In this document: piece by piece, positions 48,871 through 58,721 of the stretch | Layout: each line of letters begins with the position of its first letter | How positions within the stretch are numbered: the first letter of the stretch is position 1 | NCBI GenBank assembly: GCA_020718105.1 | Contig: DYDA01000006.1 | Coordinates: 5,442-69,441 of the forward strand | Direction: 5' to 3' | From: Micavibrio sp. | Lineage (GTDB): Bacteria > Pseudomonadota > Alphaproteobacteria > UBA9219 | DNA length: 64,000 nucleotides | The notes under the pieces: generated by a model | What the model saw: the letters and a program-made list of their open reading frames with translations, nothing else | The model's database searches: none | Told to the model about the DNA's origin: nothing | Program-made: the position numbers and the translations under genes

Positions 48871-51528
48871 TTATTTGCGAAACTGCGCTGATAGTCCAGA
48901 GAGAGTTGTGTTGGGCCTAACAGCATCGTGAGGCACGAGAACGTATGTCCACGGCTTACCACCGTTCTCCATCTCGTGCTTCGTGGCCGCTTCGCACCAC
49001 TTGATGGCGGCACGGGCTTTTTGTTGAACGGCGTCCGCTTCAACTTCATCGGCACGTTTGGTTTCGATGAGGAACTTCTCTCCGTCTGTTTCTACGACAA
49101 AATCCGGTTCATATCCTTCGTTATCATTTGTGTAGATTTTGACGTCATTTCGGAGGGGTTTGAACCATTTGAGGACTTCCTTGCTATCTTCGAGTAAAAT
49201 GGCCATCTGGCGCTCGGTGTCTGAATCAAACTTCTGCTGCGGGTAAAGGCACTTTGAAAAGCCCTCAAATACCATCCCGCGTATATCCGAAACATTGGCG
49301 AGGGTCTGCCGAAAGTTTCTGACTTTTTCTCCCGCATCAATTGTCACCGCGCCCATTTTAGGCTGTTCAAAACCACGTGTGACTGAGGCCTGAAAATCCG
49401 TATAGCCAAGTTTTACATGCTCATTCATCTGCGCGTGGATTAAATCGGCGAGTTTCGTGCGGTAAAATTGGACAACATTTTTGGTTTTATCGGCATCCTT
49501 ACCCAAATATGAAGCGACATACGCCACCATCTGCCCCGCCAGCTTGTAAAGCAGGTCTGCGTGATCGTCATAAGAGACGTCATCCTTATCAATCAAAACG
49601 GATACGACGTAATCTTCTAAACGCGCTTCTTGCCCTATAGCTTCTCCCTTGGCCATTTCTTCGCGTTCAGAGGTGCGTAAATGCTGGATGAGGATTTTAT
49701 CGTCCACTGGCTGAAGGTGCGGAAGGTCTTTTGTGTTTAGATCAAAATCCGTGAACTCATAGCTATTTGATCCAATAGGTGTCACGGTCACGCGCGGAAT
49801 ATCGATGGTGTTATCGATATAGGCCTTAATTTGCCTCCGCACTATGTCTTCAACATTTGGCTTGTCCGCGATAACGTCAAGTGAGCCTTGTGCGGGCGTC
49901 ATTTTTTCCATCACGCGAGCAACCATTTTTTCCTGAACCTCTGGGTTCAAAAGGTTCCGTGAGCTTGGTAAATGTTCTTGTTCTTTAATCGCCTCAAAAA
50001 CGGCTCTTGCAATAGGCCGCTCAGCTTCAGTAAATAAAGGCTGTTGCTCTGGTTTTGTGCCTTCGCCAGAAATTATCCGTTCGATATTCGACTTAATCTC
50101 AACCGCCTGTTTGGGCTTTGCAGCAATGTCCTTACCAATTATTACACCAGTGCGGATGATAGAATGCTGATCGTTGGCCTCCTTGATAATTTCGTCAAAG
50201 CGGTCATGGGCAACGATGGTTAAACGATCCACGGCAGCAACGCCTGTGCGCTTGCCATAGGGCAAACGAAGGCCGCGCCCAATGGACTGCTCGACTAAAG
50301 TGCGTGAGTTGGCTGCACGCAAAGGCACAATGGTATAAAGGTTGGTAACGTCCCATCCTTCCTTCAGCATATTGACGTGAATGACGATTTCGGTCGGCTC
50401 ATTGGGATCTTCGACGGCAAGCAAACGTTGAACGGTCTCATCCTTTTCCTCGCCACGCTGGGCTGAGTGAACGGTGATAACGCGATCCTTGTAACGACCA
50501 TCAAAAAAGGCATCTGACTTGATCATCGCCATCAAGTTTTCGGCATGCGTCGTGTCCTGCGCCACCACAAGGATGAACGGTTTCACATAAGGTCGTGAAT
50601 TATTGTCGGCATAGACCTTCAACTCAGCCTTTGCGTTTTCATGAATGCAAATGGCGTCTTCCAGCTTGATCTTTTCGAGCTCGTCTTCCGTAAAATTCTT
50701 CGGGTTGAAGTTCTCACGCGTCGCAACCGCCGGTTCCTTCACATAGCCATCTTCCATCGCCTTATAAAGGGGGTAGCCGTAAATGACGTTTTTGAAAGGG
50801 ATGGCGTTCTTCCCGTTTTCAATTTGAGGCGTCGCGGACAGTTCAAGGCCGATAATAGGGTTCAGTTCGTTTAGTGCCCTGATGCCCGCCGAGGCGCGAT
50901 AACGGTGTGATTCATCCATCAGCAACACGAGATCGTCTAGTTTAGAAAGATATTCAAAATAGCTTTCGCCCAGATATTCCGAAAGCCGCTTGATGCGGGG
51001 TGCTGCACCTCCGCGCGTTTCGGAATTGATCTTGGAGATGTTGAAGATGTTGATATGGATGTTGTCAGCCTGTCCGTACAAATCCGTGCCGCGAATACCG
51101 CGCCCGCTTTCATAATTATCGCCCGTGATGACTTCCGGCGGCGTGATGGCAAGCTCGGCAATGCCTTGAAAGACGTATTTTGGCGTGTTGGGCGTAAAGT
51201 CGGCGATGAGCTTGTTATAGATCGTCAGGTTTGGTGCCAATACAAAGAAGTGTTTCATCCCATGCGCAAGATGCAAATAAGCAATGAATGCGCCCATAAG
51301 CCGAGTTTTGCCGACGCCCGTTGCAAGGGCAAAGCAGAGAGATGGAAAGTCTCGCTCAAAATCCTCAACACTCGGAAACTCGGACTTGATGGTCTCAAGA
51401 GCGGCGACCACGTCGCGATCTTTGTCGAGAGAGATGATCTCTGTCACACGCGCAAGAATCTCAAGCGACTCCTTCTGCGGTGTGCGGAGGGACAGACGGT
51501 TCGAAATGGCGTTGAGATGACGATTCAT
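48871..51528 (-). CDS. res: type III restriction enzyme Res subunit (SF2 helicase plus C-terminal PD-(D/E)xK nuclease)
   Basis: Walker A ATGVGKT, DEAH-like LMDESH, C-terminal PDFVVETDGEKFLIETK nuclease motif; 885 aa. Confidence 0.9.
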   Translation of the reverse strand: MNRHLNAISNRLSLRTPQKESLEILARVTEIISLDKDRDVVAALETIKSEFPSVEDFERDFPSLCFALATGVGKTRLMGAFIAYLHLAHGMKHFFVLAPNLTIYNKLIADFTPNTPKYVFQGIAELAITPPEVITGDNYESGRGIRGTDLYGQADNIHINIFNISKINSETRGGAAPRIKRLSEYLGESYFEYLSKLDDLVLLMDESHRYRASAGIRALNELNPIIGLELSATPQIENGKNAIPFKNVIYGYPLYKAMEDGYVKEPAVATRENFNPKNFTEDELEKIKLEDAICIHENAKAELKVYADNNSRPYVKPFILVVAQDTTHAENLMAMIKSDAFFDGRYKDRVITVHSAQRGEEKDETVQRLLAVEDPNEPTEIVIHVNMLKEGWDVTNLYTIVPLRAANSRTLVEQSIGRGLRLPYGKRTGVAAVDRLTIVAHDRFDEIIKEANDQHSIIRTGVIIGKDIAAKPKQAVEIKSNIERIISGEGTKPEQQPLFTEAERPIARAVFEAIKEQEHLPSSRNLLNPEVQEKMVARVMEKMTPAQGSLDVIADKPNVEDIVRRQIKAYIDNTIDIPRVTVTPIGSNSYEFTDFDLNTKDLPHLQPVDDKILIQHLRTSEREEMAKGEAIGQEARLEDYVVSVLIDKDDVSYDDHADLLYKLAGQMVAYVASYLGKDADKTKNVVQFYRTKLADLIHAQMNEHVKLGYTDFQASVTRGFEQPKMGAVTIDAGEKVRNFRQTLANVSDIRGMVFEGFSKCLYPQQKFDSDTERQMAILLEDSKEVLKWFKPLRNDVKIYTNDNEGYEPDFVVETDGEKFLIETKRADEVEADAVQQKARAAIKWCEAATKHEMENGGKPWTYVLVPHDAVRPNTTLSGLSAQFRK

Positions 51529-51533
51529 AGGGA

Positions 51534-52025
51534 TTATCCGATGTTAAGAAGTTCGCGCCGCTTGGAGTCAAAAGTATTAAACACATTCCGATTTACTGAT
51601 TTCAGTTGTTTGACAGAACGCTCAACAGATTCCATATACGAACTTTGGTCTGTGGGATGTCCTTCTTCAAGTGAAGTAAGCATATGAGACAAACAATTTT
51701 GCAAATCTGTATCATCTGGAAGCAATCCTTGGAGGGCTTTGATCGCTGCATTTGTACGAAAGGCTAGGTCGTAAGTTGGTTGATATATTTGAACCGAGCT
51801 TATCTGCTGCATAAAGTCAGATATAATATTAAAATGTGAGGCCAGCAGTTCAGCCTGTTGAATTCTTCGAGATTTGTTTGCTTCTTGAGCGGAACGTTCT
51901 GCCGCATCGCTTGAACGTTTAGAATCTCGTTTTGCCCACACGGAAATGCCTGTTCCGGTCGCGGACATACACAGGGCGAGAAAAGAGAGCCAATTTGCTA
52001 TATCGTCACTCATCGTCGCCTCCAA
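51534..52025 (-). CDS. hypothetical protein with N-terminal TM helix, between the mod remnant and res
   Basis: 163-aa ORF, 5-nt gap to res start, 20-nt overlap with the mod-fragment stop. Confidence 0.5.
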   Translation of the reverse strand: MEATMSDDIANWLSFLALCMSATGTGISVWAKRDSKRSSDAAERSAQEANKSRRIQQAELLASHFNIISDFMQQISSVQIYQPTYDLAFRTNAAIKALQGLLPDDTDLQNCLSHMLTSLEEGHPTDQSSYMESVERSVKQLKSVNRNVFNTFDSKRRELLNIG

Positions 52026-52914
52026 ACAAAGAGGGTTCGGAGGATTTGGCTTTTGCCTTGGCCTTAGCTTTCAGTTTTCGCGGGGTTGGGATATCGACTT
52101 GCTCCTCTTCGGCCAAGGGAAGGTTTTGGACGTTGAGGCTGTAATCGTCGTGGCCCCATTCGCATTTGGTCAGCACGGCGCGGGGGATTTTGCGCAGGGT
52201 TAGGTTGGGGAAGGCCTCGGCTTTGCCGCGAAACGCCGAGCAGCAGATGAGGAGGCTTCGATTGTCGCCCACTTCCTCGGACAGGGCGGCGAGTTGCGCC
52301 TGATCTAACGTTTGGGTGGTGACATAGATGAAATCCGTCTCGGTCGAATGCCCTTGCTGCCAATAAACGCTGTCACTCGGCGCATAGGTGAAGCCCATCA
52401 GCTTGCACATGGCCTGCGTCAGCATGACCGCGTTGTATTCCTTGTTGATGACAGCCTGGCTGTACTTGTCCATCGTGATGAGGGATGGTGCGAGCGCGAA
52501 ATACCGAAAACCGCCGCCGCCTTTCCACGCTGCCGCTTCGGTAATGCCACCTTTGTCCTCGCCATCAATGACTTTCTTGAGGCGCGGGATGATATGAGTA
52601 TGGCAATGCTCGCCAAGCTCAATCATAATCCAACGTCGCCTCATTTTATGGGCGACAGCACCCGTTGTGCCGGAACCAGCAAAGGAGTCGAGGACAAGGT
52701 CGTTAGGGTTGGTAGCAATATGAAGAAGTGTATGAATTAGACGTTCAGGTTTGGGTGTTGAAAAGACATCATTGCCAAAAAGAGCTAACATTTCCTTCAT
52801 GGCATCTTGATTGTGTCCAGCTAGTGTATGTTTCCATACCCGTCCCCCAAACAAGCCCTGTTCGTACGAGAGCACCGCAAGTTGCCACATATTCGTCTTC
52901 CGTGGAAAAGACAC
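52006..52914 (-). pseudogene. mod: truncated type III DNA methyltransferase (Mod), C-terminal fragment only
   Basis: Contains motif I region (VFSTPKPERLIHTLLHIATNPNDLVLDSFAGSGTTG) and a Mod-like C-terminus. The N-terminal DPPY motif and target-recognition domain are absent. Its 5' 146 nt overlap the upstream ORF in another frame. Confidence 0.65.
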
Positions 52915-53428
52915 CAGATTCTATCGTTTCCTTCTGTGTGCGCCTATAAGCCTCGGTCGCAGCCCTACTGATTTCTTTTGTGTCTAATTGATTGGCTTTT
53001 TCTTTCTCGATTTGCTCATTGAAAGATTTGTGCAGCTTTCCTAAGACAATGATCTCTTCATATCGCAGAGAATCGATAATGTCCGCATAATATAAAAACT
53101 CATCGGCTCTCAATACTTTTGCTGCCTTTTGCCCTGCGATAATGCGCGCAAGAAGTCGAAGATTTGTTCGCGCGGTTCCTTCCTGTGCAGCTCGCATGTA
53201 GCGATAAACGATTGCTGCCACTTCATCAACCTCACAGGCTTCCCATATATCTTTTTCTCCCGCGCTGATTTCTAAGAGTAAAATTTCTCTGGCTGCACTC
53301 AGTCGTATTTTGAAAAGGTTTTGAACCGCAATTCCTGCTACAGAGCCGCCAAAAACATCGAAAGCCCCTGCGATGTCTCCAATAAGGGCGCTATAATACT
53401 GCGGAAGATGTATCGTTTTATCTTCCAT
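52769..53428 (-). CDS. hypothetical protein, last gene of the SNF2 operon
   Basis: 219-aa ORF; start overlaps the MBL gene stop by 11 nt; no recognizable motifs. Confidence 0.55.
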   Translation of the reverse strand: MEDKTIHLPQYYSALIGDIAGAFDVFGGSVAGIAVQNLFKIRLSAAREILLLEISAGEKDIWEACEVDEVAAIVYRYMRAAQEGTARTNLRLLARIIAGQKAAKVLRADEFLYYADIIDSLRYEEIIVLGKLHKSFNEQIEKEKANQLDTKEISRAATEAYRRTQKETIESGVFSTEDEYVATCGALVRTGLVWGTGMETYTSWTQSRCHEGNVSSFWQ

Positions 53429-54371
53429 AGGAAGGCCTGCTTTTATAAATGTTTCTTAGGCTATCTAGGTTCATCGAAAGAAAATGATGCTTTTTGATGG
53501 CAAAGTCCTTGTACGAAGACACTTTTGTTGAGTTTGATATCAAATTGTAGACCCTAAAGACACTATTGTGCGGGGGTAAAGATTGGGCAATTATGTCGCC
53601 TGTTTTTGTTGTAAAGATCGGGATATCTAGGTCGAACAAACGATCTCGAACATCTTGTCTAGGATGTTCAAACTGATTGTCATAATTGCTGCTGCATACA
53701 GCCAGTTGAGGTCGGACACGTTCCAAAAAGTTTTTTGAGTTAGTAGGACAGTCTGCTCCATGATGAGCTAAAATAAGGATGTCAATTTCTCTCTTGAAAA
53801 TGCCACATCCCCTGAGGCGAGAGCCAATGTTCACATCTTCAACGTCGCCAAGACTTGCAACATTAAAACAGCCCTCACGAAACACCTTGACTGTCGAATT
53901 GTCATTGGCTTTTTCGAAAAAGATCTTAGGGCCATAAAAAACGTTTCTGTATCCAAGTTCTTCTGCTGATTTCAATCCATTAATGTAGTTTGGGTTTACA
54001 CACACACAACTCACAGGGGTGCCATCTATGGTTCCTTTGGCTTCATAATTCTCGATGGCTTTTTGGCATGCCTTGCCATTATCACTTTCGGGCAAATATC
54101 CGGGGTATTCAACCTGTTTGGGTTTTAGCGTTTCAAGAATACTTTTGAGATCAGAAAAAGTGCAGTGATCTTGATCCCAGCTGGTAATATGTAAGCAATC
54201 AATAAACTGCTTACCGCAAAGTTCCATTTCTTGGTGTATATTTGCGCGGTTAACGTCATTCAGTCGCGCTTCAATCAAGGTAAACTTTCCTGCACCAAAG
54301 TATGAAAAGGAAGAACCCGCTTGCCCCAGCTGGTATGCGCGAAAGCGAGTGACAATTTCTTGTGCGGCCAT
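53418..54371 (-). CDS. MBL-fold metallo-hydrolase related to the ComEC/Rec2 beta-lactamase domain
   Basis: ITSWDQDHC (S/H-x-D-x-DH) and LAHHGADCPTNSKNFLERVRPQLAVCSS resemble ComEC motifs (HADQDHIGG / KVAHHGSKTSS...FL..V.P..A..S); 317 aa. Confidence 0.7.
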   Translation of the reverse strand: MAAQEIVTRFRAYQLGQAGSSFSYFGAGKFTLIEARLNDVNRANIHQEMELCGKQFIDCLHITSWDQDHCTFSDLKSILETLKPKQVEYPGYLPESDNGKACQKAIENYEAKGTIDGTPVSCVCVNPNYINGLKSAEELGYRNVFYGPKIFFEKANDNSTVKVFREGCFNVASLGDVEDVNIGSRLRGCGIFKREIDILILAHHGADCPTNSKNFLERVRPQLAVCSSNYDNQFEHPRQDVRDRLFDLDIPIFTTKTGDIIAQSLPPHNSVFRVYNLISNSTKVSSYKDFAIKKHHFLSMNLDSLRNIYKSRPSYGR

Positions 54372-54862
54372 TATAACTCTTCCTTTCTGCCTCCAGAAGT
54401 TTTAGCGGCTCGAGACCTTTCTATTCCCCAAACGGCCTCAGAAACTTCTTCAAGTTTTTTAATAAATTTATCGACGTTGAGGCCAGCAACGAAAGCAAAG
54501 GCATAAAACCCAATTTCGCTTGCATCAGGCTGGATGCTGGATTCCAGCACGATCAACCCTGCCTTAAGAAACAGATAACTCGCACCGCCACAAGTAAGAC
54601 TCGCGATTGGGCGTAAGAAATACCATACCTGCCACCTGGAGTCCCATTGATCGTAAACACAGACGTTCAAATAGACTCCTCTCAAACAATAGAGGAAGCC
54701 ACCAAGTCCACCAGAAAATGCACAGATAAGCCCAACTTTGTATGGAACTAAAAGGGGTTCATGACCTGCTAACACAAAAGCAATCCCTGCAAGGTTAGCG
54801 ACGGCACATAAGACAAGGTAAAAGATAATAACTACAATCATTCGAGCCCCCACCTCGCGCAA
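54371..54862 (-). CDS. small integral membrane protein (3-4 predicted TM helices)
   Basis: Hydrophobic 163-aa ORF; overlaps SNF2 3' end by 25 nt and abuts the MBL gene start. Confidence 0.65.
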   Translation of the reverse strand: MREVGARMIVVIIFYLVLCAVANLAGIAFVLAGHEPLLVPYKVGLICAFSGGLGGFLYCLRGVYLNVCVYDQWDSRWQVWYFLRPIASLTCGGASYLFLKAGLIVLESSIQPDASEIGFYAFAFVAGLNVDKFIKKLEEVSEAVWGIERSRAAKTSGGRKEEL

Positions 54863-57846
54863 AACAGCGGTTCAATCTCATGCCTGCTGTCCTGCAATTG
54901 TTTTTCTAGTTGATTAATAAGCTCTTCGCGTCTTGCGTCAACTTTGTCTTGGCTGGTGAAAAGTTCGTGCCGCTTTTGTGAGCGGCGTTTTTCAAAGGCA
55001 GCTTTTTGTTTTTGAAACGCCAGCTTTTCCGCTAGACTTATCAATTGCTTAGACTGGCGGTCTGCCTCGCGGATGTCGCGGTCAAGTTGCTTGAGTTCAA
55101 GCTCTAGCCCCGTCTTCAGGTCTTCGGCCCAGCGGTCGAGCTTATCCAGCTCTTCCTCAAAATAGTGGTGATTGCTGGCTTCCGATTCGTTCAAAAGCAA
55201 GGTCATCCGGTTCTGGCGGGCGGTTTCGATGATGGCTGCATAAGGACATGAGCGGAAATCTTCCGAGCACGATGCTGAAAGGAGAAGCAGCTTCTCGCCA
55301 AACTCTGGTAGGAGGATCACGCCGCTTTCATTGCAGGCGGTGAAGATGAGAGATTCCGTTTCCTCAAACGTATTGATCGTCAGCTTGTCCAGCCAGAGCC
55401 AGCCTCGTTTGCCGCACTGTTCGTCCAGCAACGCAACTTTGTGCGGATGAGAAGAAAGATCAAACGTCAACGTCACGAGAGGAGTCTCGATATCACGCCC
55501 CTTTTGGATTACACGCTCGCCCATAAGATCGGACAGGCGATAAGGATAGCCTGTGACAGGAACCTTGGCCGTCCCCTTATGGAGCCGCTCCAATGGATCG
55601 ATGGCAGCTACAGCTTTTGTTTCCAGATAATGATAAATGGGAGTGCGGTCGCCTTCGCTGGGGCGTTCGCCTTTGGCAATAAAATCGGGATCGTCTCCGA
55701 AAATTAGTTTCTCGTCGTTGAAGACGAAGGTTCCATCGTAGATGAATTTCGTCAGCTCCCAAAAATGATGGGTCACGATATCAAGGCGCTGTTTGGTTGC
55801 TTCCATACTGAATTTCAAATGTCGTGTGACATCCTCGTCGAAATGCTCGAACAACATATTGCGCGTTTCGGCTATGCGGGCTTGGATTGGCTCTTCCATT
55901 TCGGATTGAAGGCGCGCAAAGGCTTCTTCAATTTCCTTGGGGTGGCGGCAGGTTTCAAAGATATCCAAAATACGCTTTTCAAAATCAATGCCGGACTCAA
56001 CGCGGCCTAGCACCTCATCTGATGATCCAAAGACACCGTCAAAAAGCTGAAACTTCTCTTTCAGTAGTTCATAGATACGCTGGTCAGCGAGATTGTCTTG
56101 GTTCAGGAAGTTAATGACGACCACGTCGTGCTTTTGGCCATAACGATGGCATCGGCCAATGCGCTGCTCAATGCGCTGAGGGTTCCAAGGCAGGTCGTAA
56201 TTGACAATCAAAGAACAGAACTGAAGGTTGATGCCTTCGGCGGCAGCTTCAGTGGCGATCATCACCTCGGCATGATCCCGGAAGAAATCAACAAGCGCCA
56301 TACGCATATCGACATTCTTGGAGCCGGAGATACGGCCTGTGGTGGCGTTCTTCTCCTGCCACATGCCGTAGATGTCTTTGGAAAGCTCATCCGTATTCTG
56401 TCCATTAAAAGTCACGACCTTGCCGCGAAAGCCGTTGTCTTCAAGATATTCTTTCAGATAACGCTGGGTGCGGCTGGATTCCGTGAAAACGAGAGCTTTG
56501 CGCGCGCCGCCCAACACACCCATACGGGAAAAACCGGATTGAAGTGCGGATAAAAGCGCTTTGGCTTTGGTCTCTATTTTGATGGAACGGGCAAGGGCGG
56601 CAAAGCCTTCGATCTGTTTGATCTCGTAGTTCAGTTTTTCAATGTCGATGTCGCTGTGGTTGGGTTGGGTGGCAGCGTGTTCTTCTTCCTCTGCTGCCTC
56701 GGCATATTCGATATCGATATCCTGTCCGAATATAAACGCGCCGCGCAAGTTCAGTTTCTCTTCTTTGCGGGTCTCTCGCATTTTCTCAAGGCGCTCTTTG
56801 ATGGTTTGCAACGTGCCAACCAATGCATAAGCTGACGATGCTAGAAGCTTGCGGATAACGAGAACGACCAGCTTTCTCTGTGCCCACGGAATAGCATAGG
56901 TATCTTGCTGGAGGAGGAAGTCAGAGACCTCGTCATAAAGTCTTTGTTCTTCTGCTGACAAACTAAACGGCTGCAGCATGGCTTCGCGTTTCGTATAACG
57001 GATATACTCCAGAACTTGCCGCCGAAGCGTGCGCTTAACAAAAGGCGCGAGGCGTGATTTGAGGTCGTCGATATTTGGGTTATTATTTCCATAAGCGGAT
57101 TTGAACGTATCAATGCCACCAAAGATCCTGTCATCAATCAATGAGGCAAGGCCGTAAAGCTCCAGAAGGGAGTTTTGCAGCGGTGTTGCTGTCAAAAGCA
57201 CTTTTTTGTGATCAGCCAGAGCCGCCTGAATCGTGCGGCCCATTTTGTTGTCTTTTTTGAAGAGATTTCGCAGCTTGTGCGCTTCATCGATCACAACCAT
57301 ATGCCATGGCATTGCTTTAAGTGCGTCGGCGTAACGATTGGCAAACTGATAAGAGATAATCACAACGCCTTTGAAGTCAAAAGGATCGCTGCCACTCTGC
57401 TGTCGTTCTGTGTAATTGCTGCTTTCAAGCACAAGGGTTGGAAGGTTGAATTTTTCTTCAAGCTCTATTGACCATTGGCGGCGCAGAACAGCGGGGCATA
57501 TGACAACAAGCCGTCGCTTATGCTCTGCCCAAAGTTGGCAAAGCAAGATACCAGCCTCAATAGTTTTTCCAAGGCCGACCTCATCGGCCAGCATAACGCC
57601 TTTGGAAAGCGGCGAGCGTAGTGCAAAGAGAGCCGCTTCAATTTGGTGTGGATTTAAATCTACGGCAGCATCAAAAAGCGAGGTGGTAAGGCGATCAACA
57701 ACGGTGGCGGACTTCTTTATCGAAAGCTCATGTGCAAAGTATTTCGCGTGATAGGGAGTGATGGACGTCTTTGTTCCTTTGTTCTCCTGCCAAAAAGGTT
57801 CTGTTTCTGCTTTCATTCGTCCAGTATCCAGTCCCAATTTCCACAC
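54838..57846 (-). CDS. SNF2-family helicase/ATPase with ~400-aa C-terminal extension including a coiled-coil
   Basis: SNF2 N-domain (DLNPHQIEAAL, LADEVGLGKT, DEAH-like VIDEAHKLRN) and helicase C-domain (GGEGINLQ..., QRIGRCHRYGQ); 1002 aa. Confidence 0.9.
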   Translation of the reverse strand: MWKLGLDTGRMKAETEPFWQENKGTKTSITPYHAKYFAHELSIKKSATVVDRLTTSLFDAAVDLNPHQIEAALFALRSPLSKGVMLADEVGLGKTIEAGILLCQLWAEHKRRLVVICPAVLRRQWSIELEEKFNLPTLVLESSNYTERQQSGSDPFDFKGVVIISYQFANRYADALKAMPWHMVVIDEAHKLRNLFKKDNKMGRTIQAALADHKKVLLTATPLQNSLLELYGLASLIDDRIFGGIDTFKSAYGNNNPNIDDLKSRLAPFVKRTLRRQVLEYIRYTKREAMLQPFSLSAEEQRLYDEVSDFLLQQDTYAIPWAQRKLVVLVIRKLLASSAYALVGTLQTIKERLEKMRETRKEEKLNLRGAFIFGQDIDIEYAEAAEEEEHAATQPNHSDIDIEKLNYEIKQIEGFAALARSIKIETKAKALLSALQSGFSRMGVLGGARKALVFTESSRTQRYLKEYLEDNGFRGKVVTFNGQNTDELSKDIYGMWQEKNATTGRISGSKNVDMRMALVDFFRDHAEVMIATEAAAEGINLQFCSLIVNYDLPWNPQRIEQRIGRCHRYGQKHDVVVINFLNQDNLADQRIYELLKEKFQLFDGVFGSSDEVLGRVESGIDFEKRILDIFETCRHPKEIEEAFARLQSEMEEPIQARIAETRNMLFEHFDEDVTRHLKFSMEATKQRLDIVTHHFWELTKFIYDGTFVFNDEKLIFGDDPDFIAKGERPSEGDRTPIYHYLETKAVAAIDPLERLHKGTAKVPVTGYPYRLSDLMGERVIQKGRDIETPLVTLTFDLSSHPHKVALLDEQCGKRGWLWLDKLTINTFEETESLIFTACNESGVILLPEFGEKLLLLSASCSEDFRSCPYAAIIETARQNRMTLLLNESEASNHHYFEEELDKLDRWAEDLKTGLELELKQLDRDIREADRQSKQLISLAEKLAFQKQKAAFEKRRSQKRHELFTSQDKVDARREELINQLEKQLQDSRHEIEPLFCARWGLE

Positions 57847-58116
57847 ATTCCCCCAGTCAAAAGACCTTATGTCATAAAGGCGACAAAGGATAGCTCTTAA
57901 TTCAAAAGATGATGACTTTCTAATCGGTTAGAGGTCATTAATCCACCTGTTGCGCCGTCAGGAACATGGCCTTTTCAAGGGCAACGAAGAACTGTTGGTA
58001 CGGGAGCGGGTCTTCGATGGCGGTGATATTGTATTGGGCGTTGGCGCGGACGATGGTTTGCGTTGTCCATCTGTCGCGAACGCTGACGGTCATGCGCATG
58101 GAATAGACCATATCAG

Positions 58117-58125
58117 CCCCCCCCC
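58117..58125. repeat. poly-C homopolymer tract (C9)
   Basis: ccccccccc in the 875-bp gap between the LanM 3' end and the SNF2 start, ~275 bp upstream of the SNF2 start. Confidence 0.9.
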
Positions 58126-58295
58126 GAACCCACAGGGAGAACCCGTGAATGGAATGAAAACACGAAAAGAGCGAAAAAATAGATGGAAGTTATCGTTTTC
58201 ATAGCTTTGCCGCCATGCTCAAAACCCCCTATTTTTCTTGAGTTTTCAAGTAATTTATGATAGCTTTGTGCGTATGGTGTGAAGGGATGGGGGTC

Positions 58296-58682
58296 ATGAA
58301 AAATTTAGCTATGCGCCTTAAAAGACCGACCGGATATTATCTTCCTCTTATCGAGGGGTATGTTGCTGCGCTCGCCCAGACAGACGCGATGGGTGTCTCC
58401 GTGCAACATGCGCGAAGCCTCGACAAGACGCTCAAAAAGAACGGACTTCGCCCCTCCGCGCGTTGGTATGGCCCGAAGAAAGCTTTCGTCCCGCCCCCCA
58501 GAAAACCGACTGCAACGCCATCCCTTTCGGCAAAGGGCAAAGCGGCAGTTTCTTCTCCCAAAGGGGGCGGTATCAGCAGGGCTTTGCGCGGCGTTGTTTC
58601 GATTTTTGCTCAACCAACGCCATACCGCCCTTCTAAGCCTGCGCCGATGCTGTTTGCGTATAAAAAGCCAGAATACACGTAA
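58296..58682 (+). CDS. possible small basic Pro/Lys-rich protein (low confidence)
   Basis: ORF MKNLAMRLKRPTGYY... preceded by a G-rich RBS; an overlapping minus-strand ORF is equally plausible. Confidence 0.3.
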   Translation: MKNLAMRLKRPTGYYLPLIEGYVAALAQTDAMGVSVQHARSLDKTLKKNGLRPSARWYGPKKAFVPPPRKPTATPSLSAKGKAAVSSPKGGGISRALRGVVSIFAQPTPYRPSKPAPMLFAYKKPEYT

Positions 58683-58721
58683 ACGAGTCAAAGAGGCTTT
58701 TTCGCCCGCGCACAAAGTTTC

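Noticed and set aside
52769-54371. Missing N-terminal half of type III Mod hidden as a frameshift in the 219-aa / 317-aa ORF region
   Set aside because: Neither ORF contains a DPPY motif or methyltransferase-like sequence. The 317-aa protein instead matches ComEC-type MBL motifs. So the mod N-terminus appears genuinely absent, pending a proper tblastn check.
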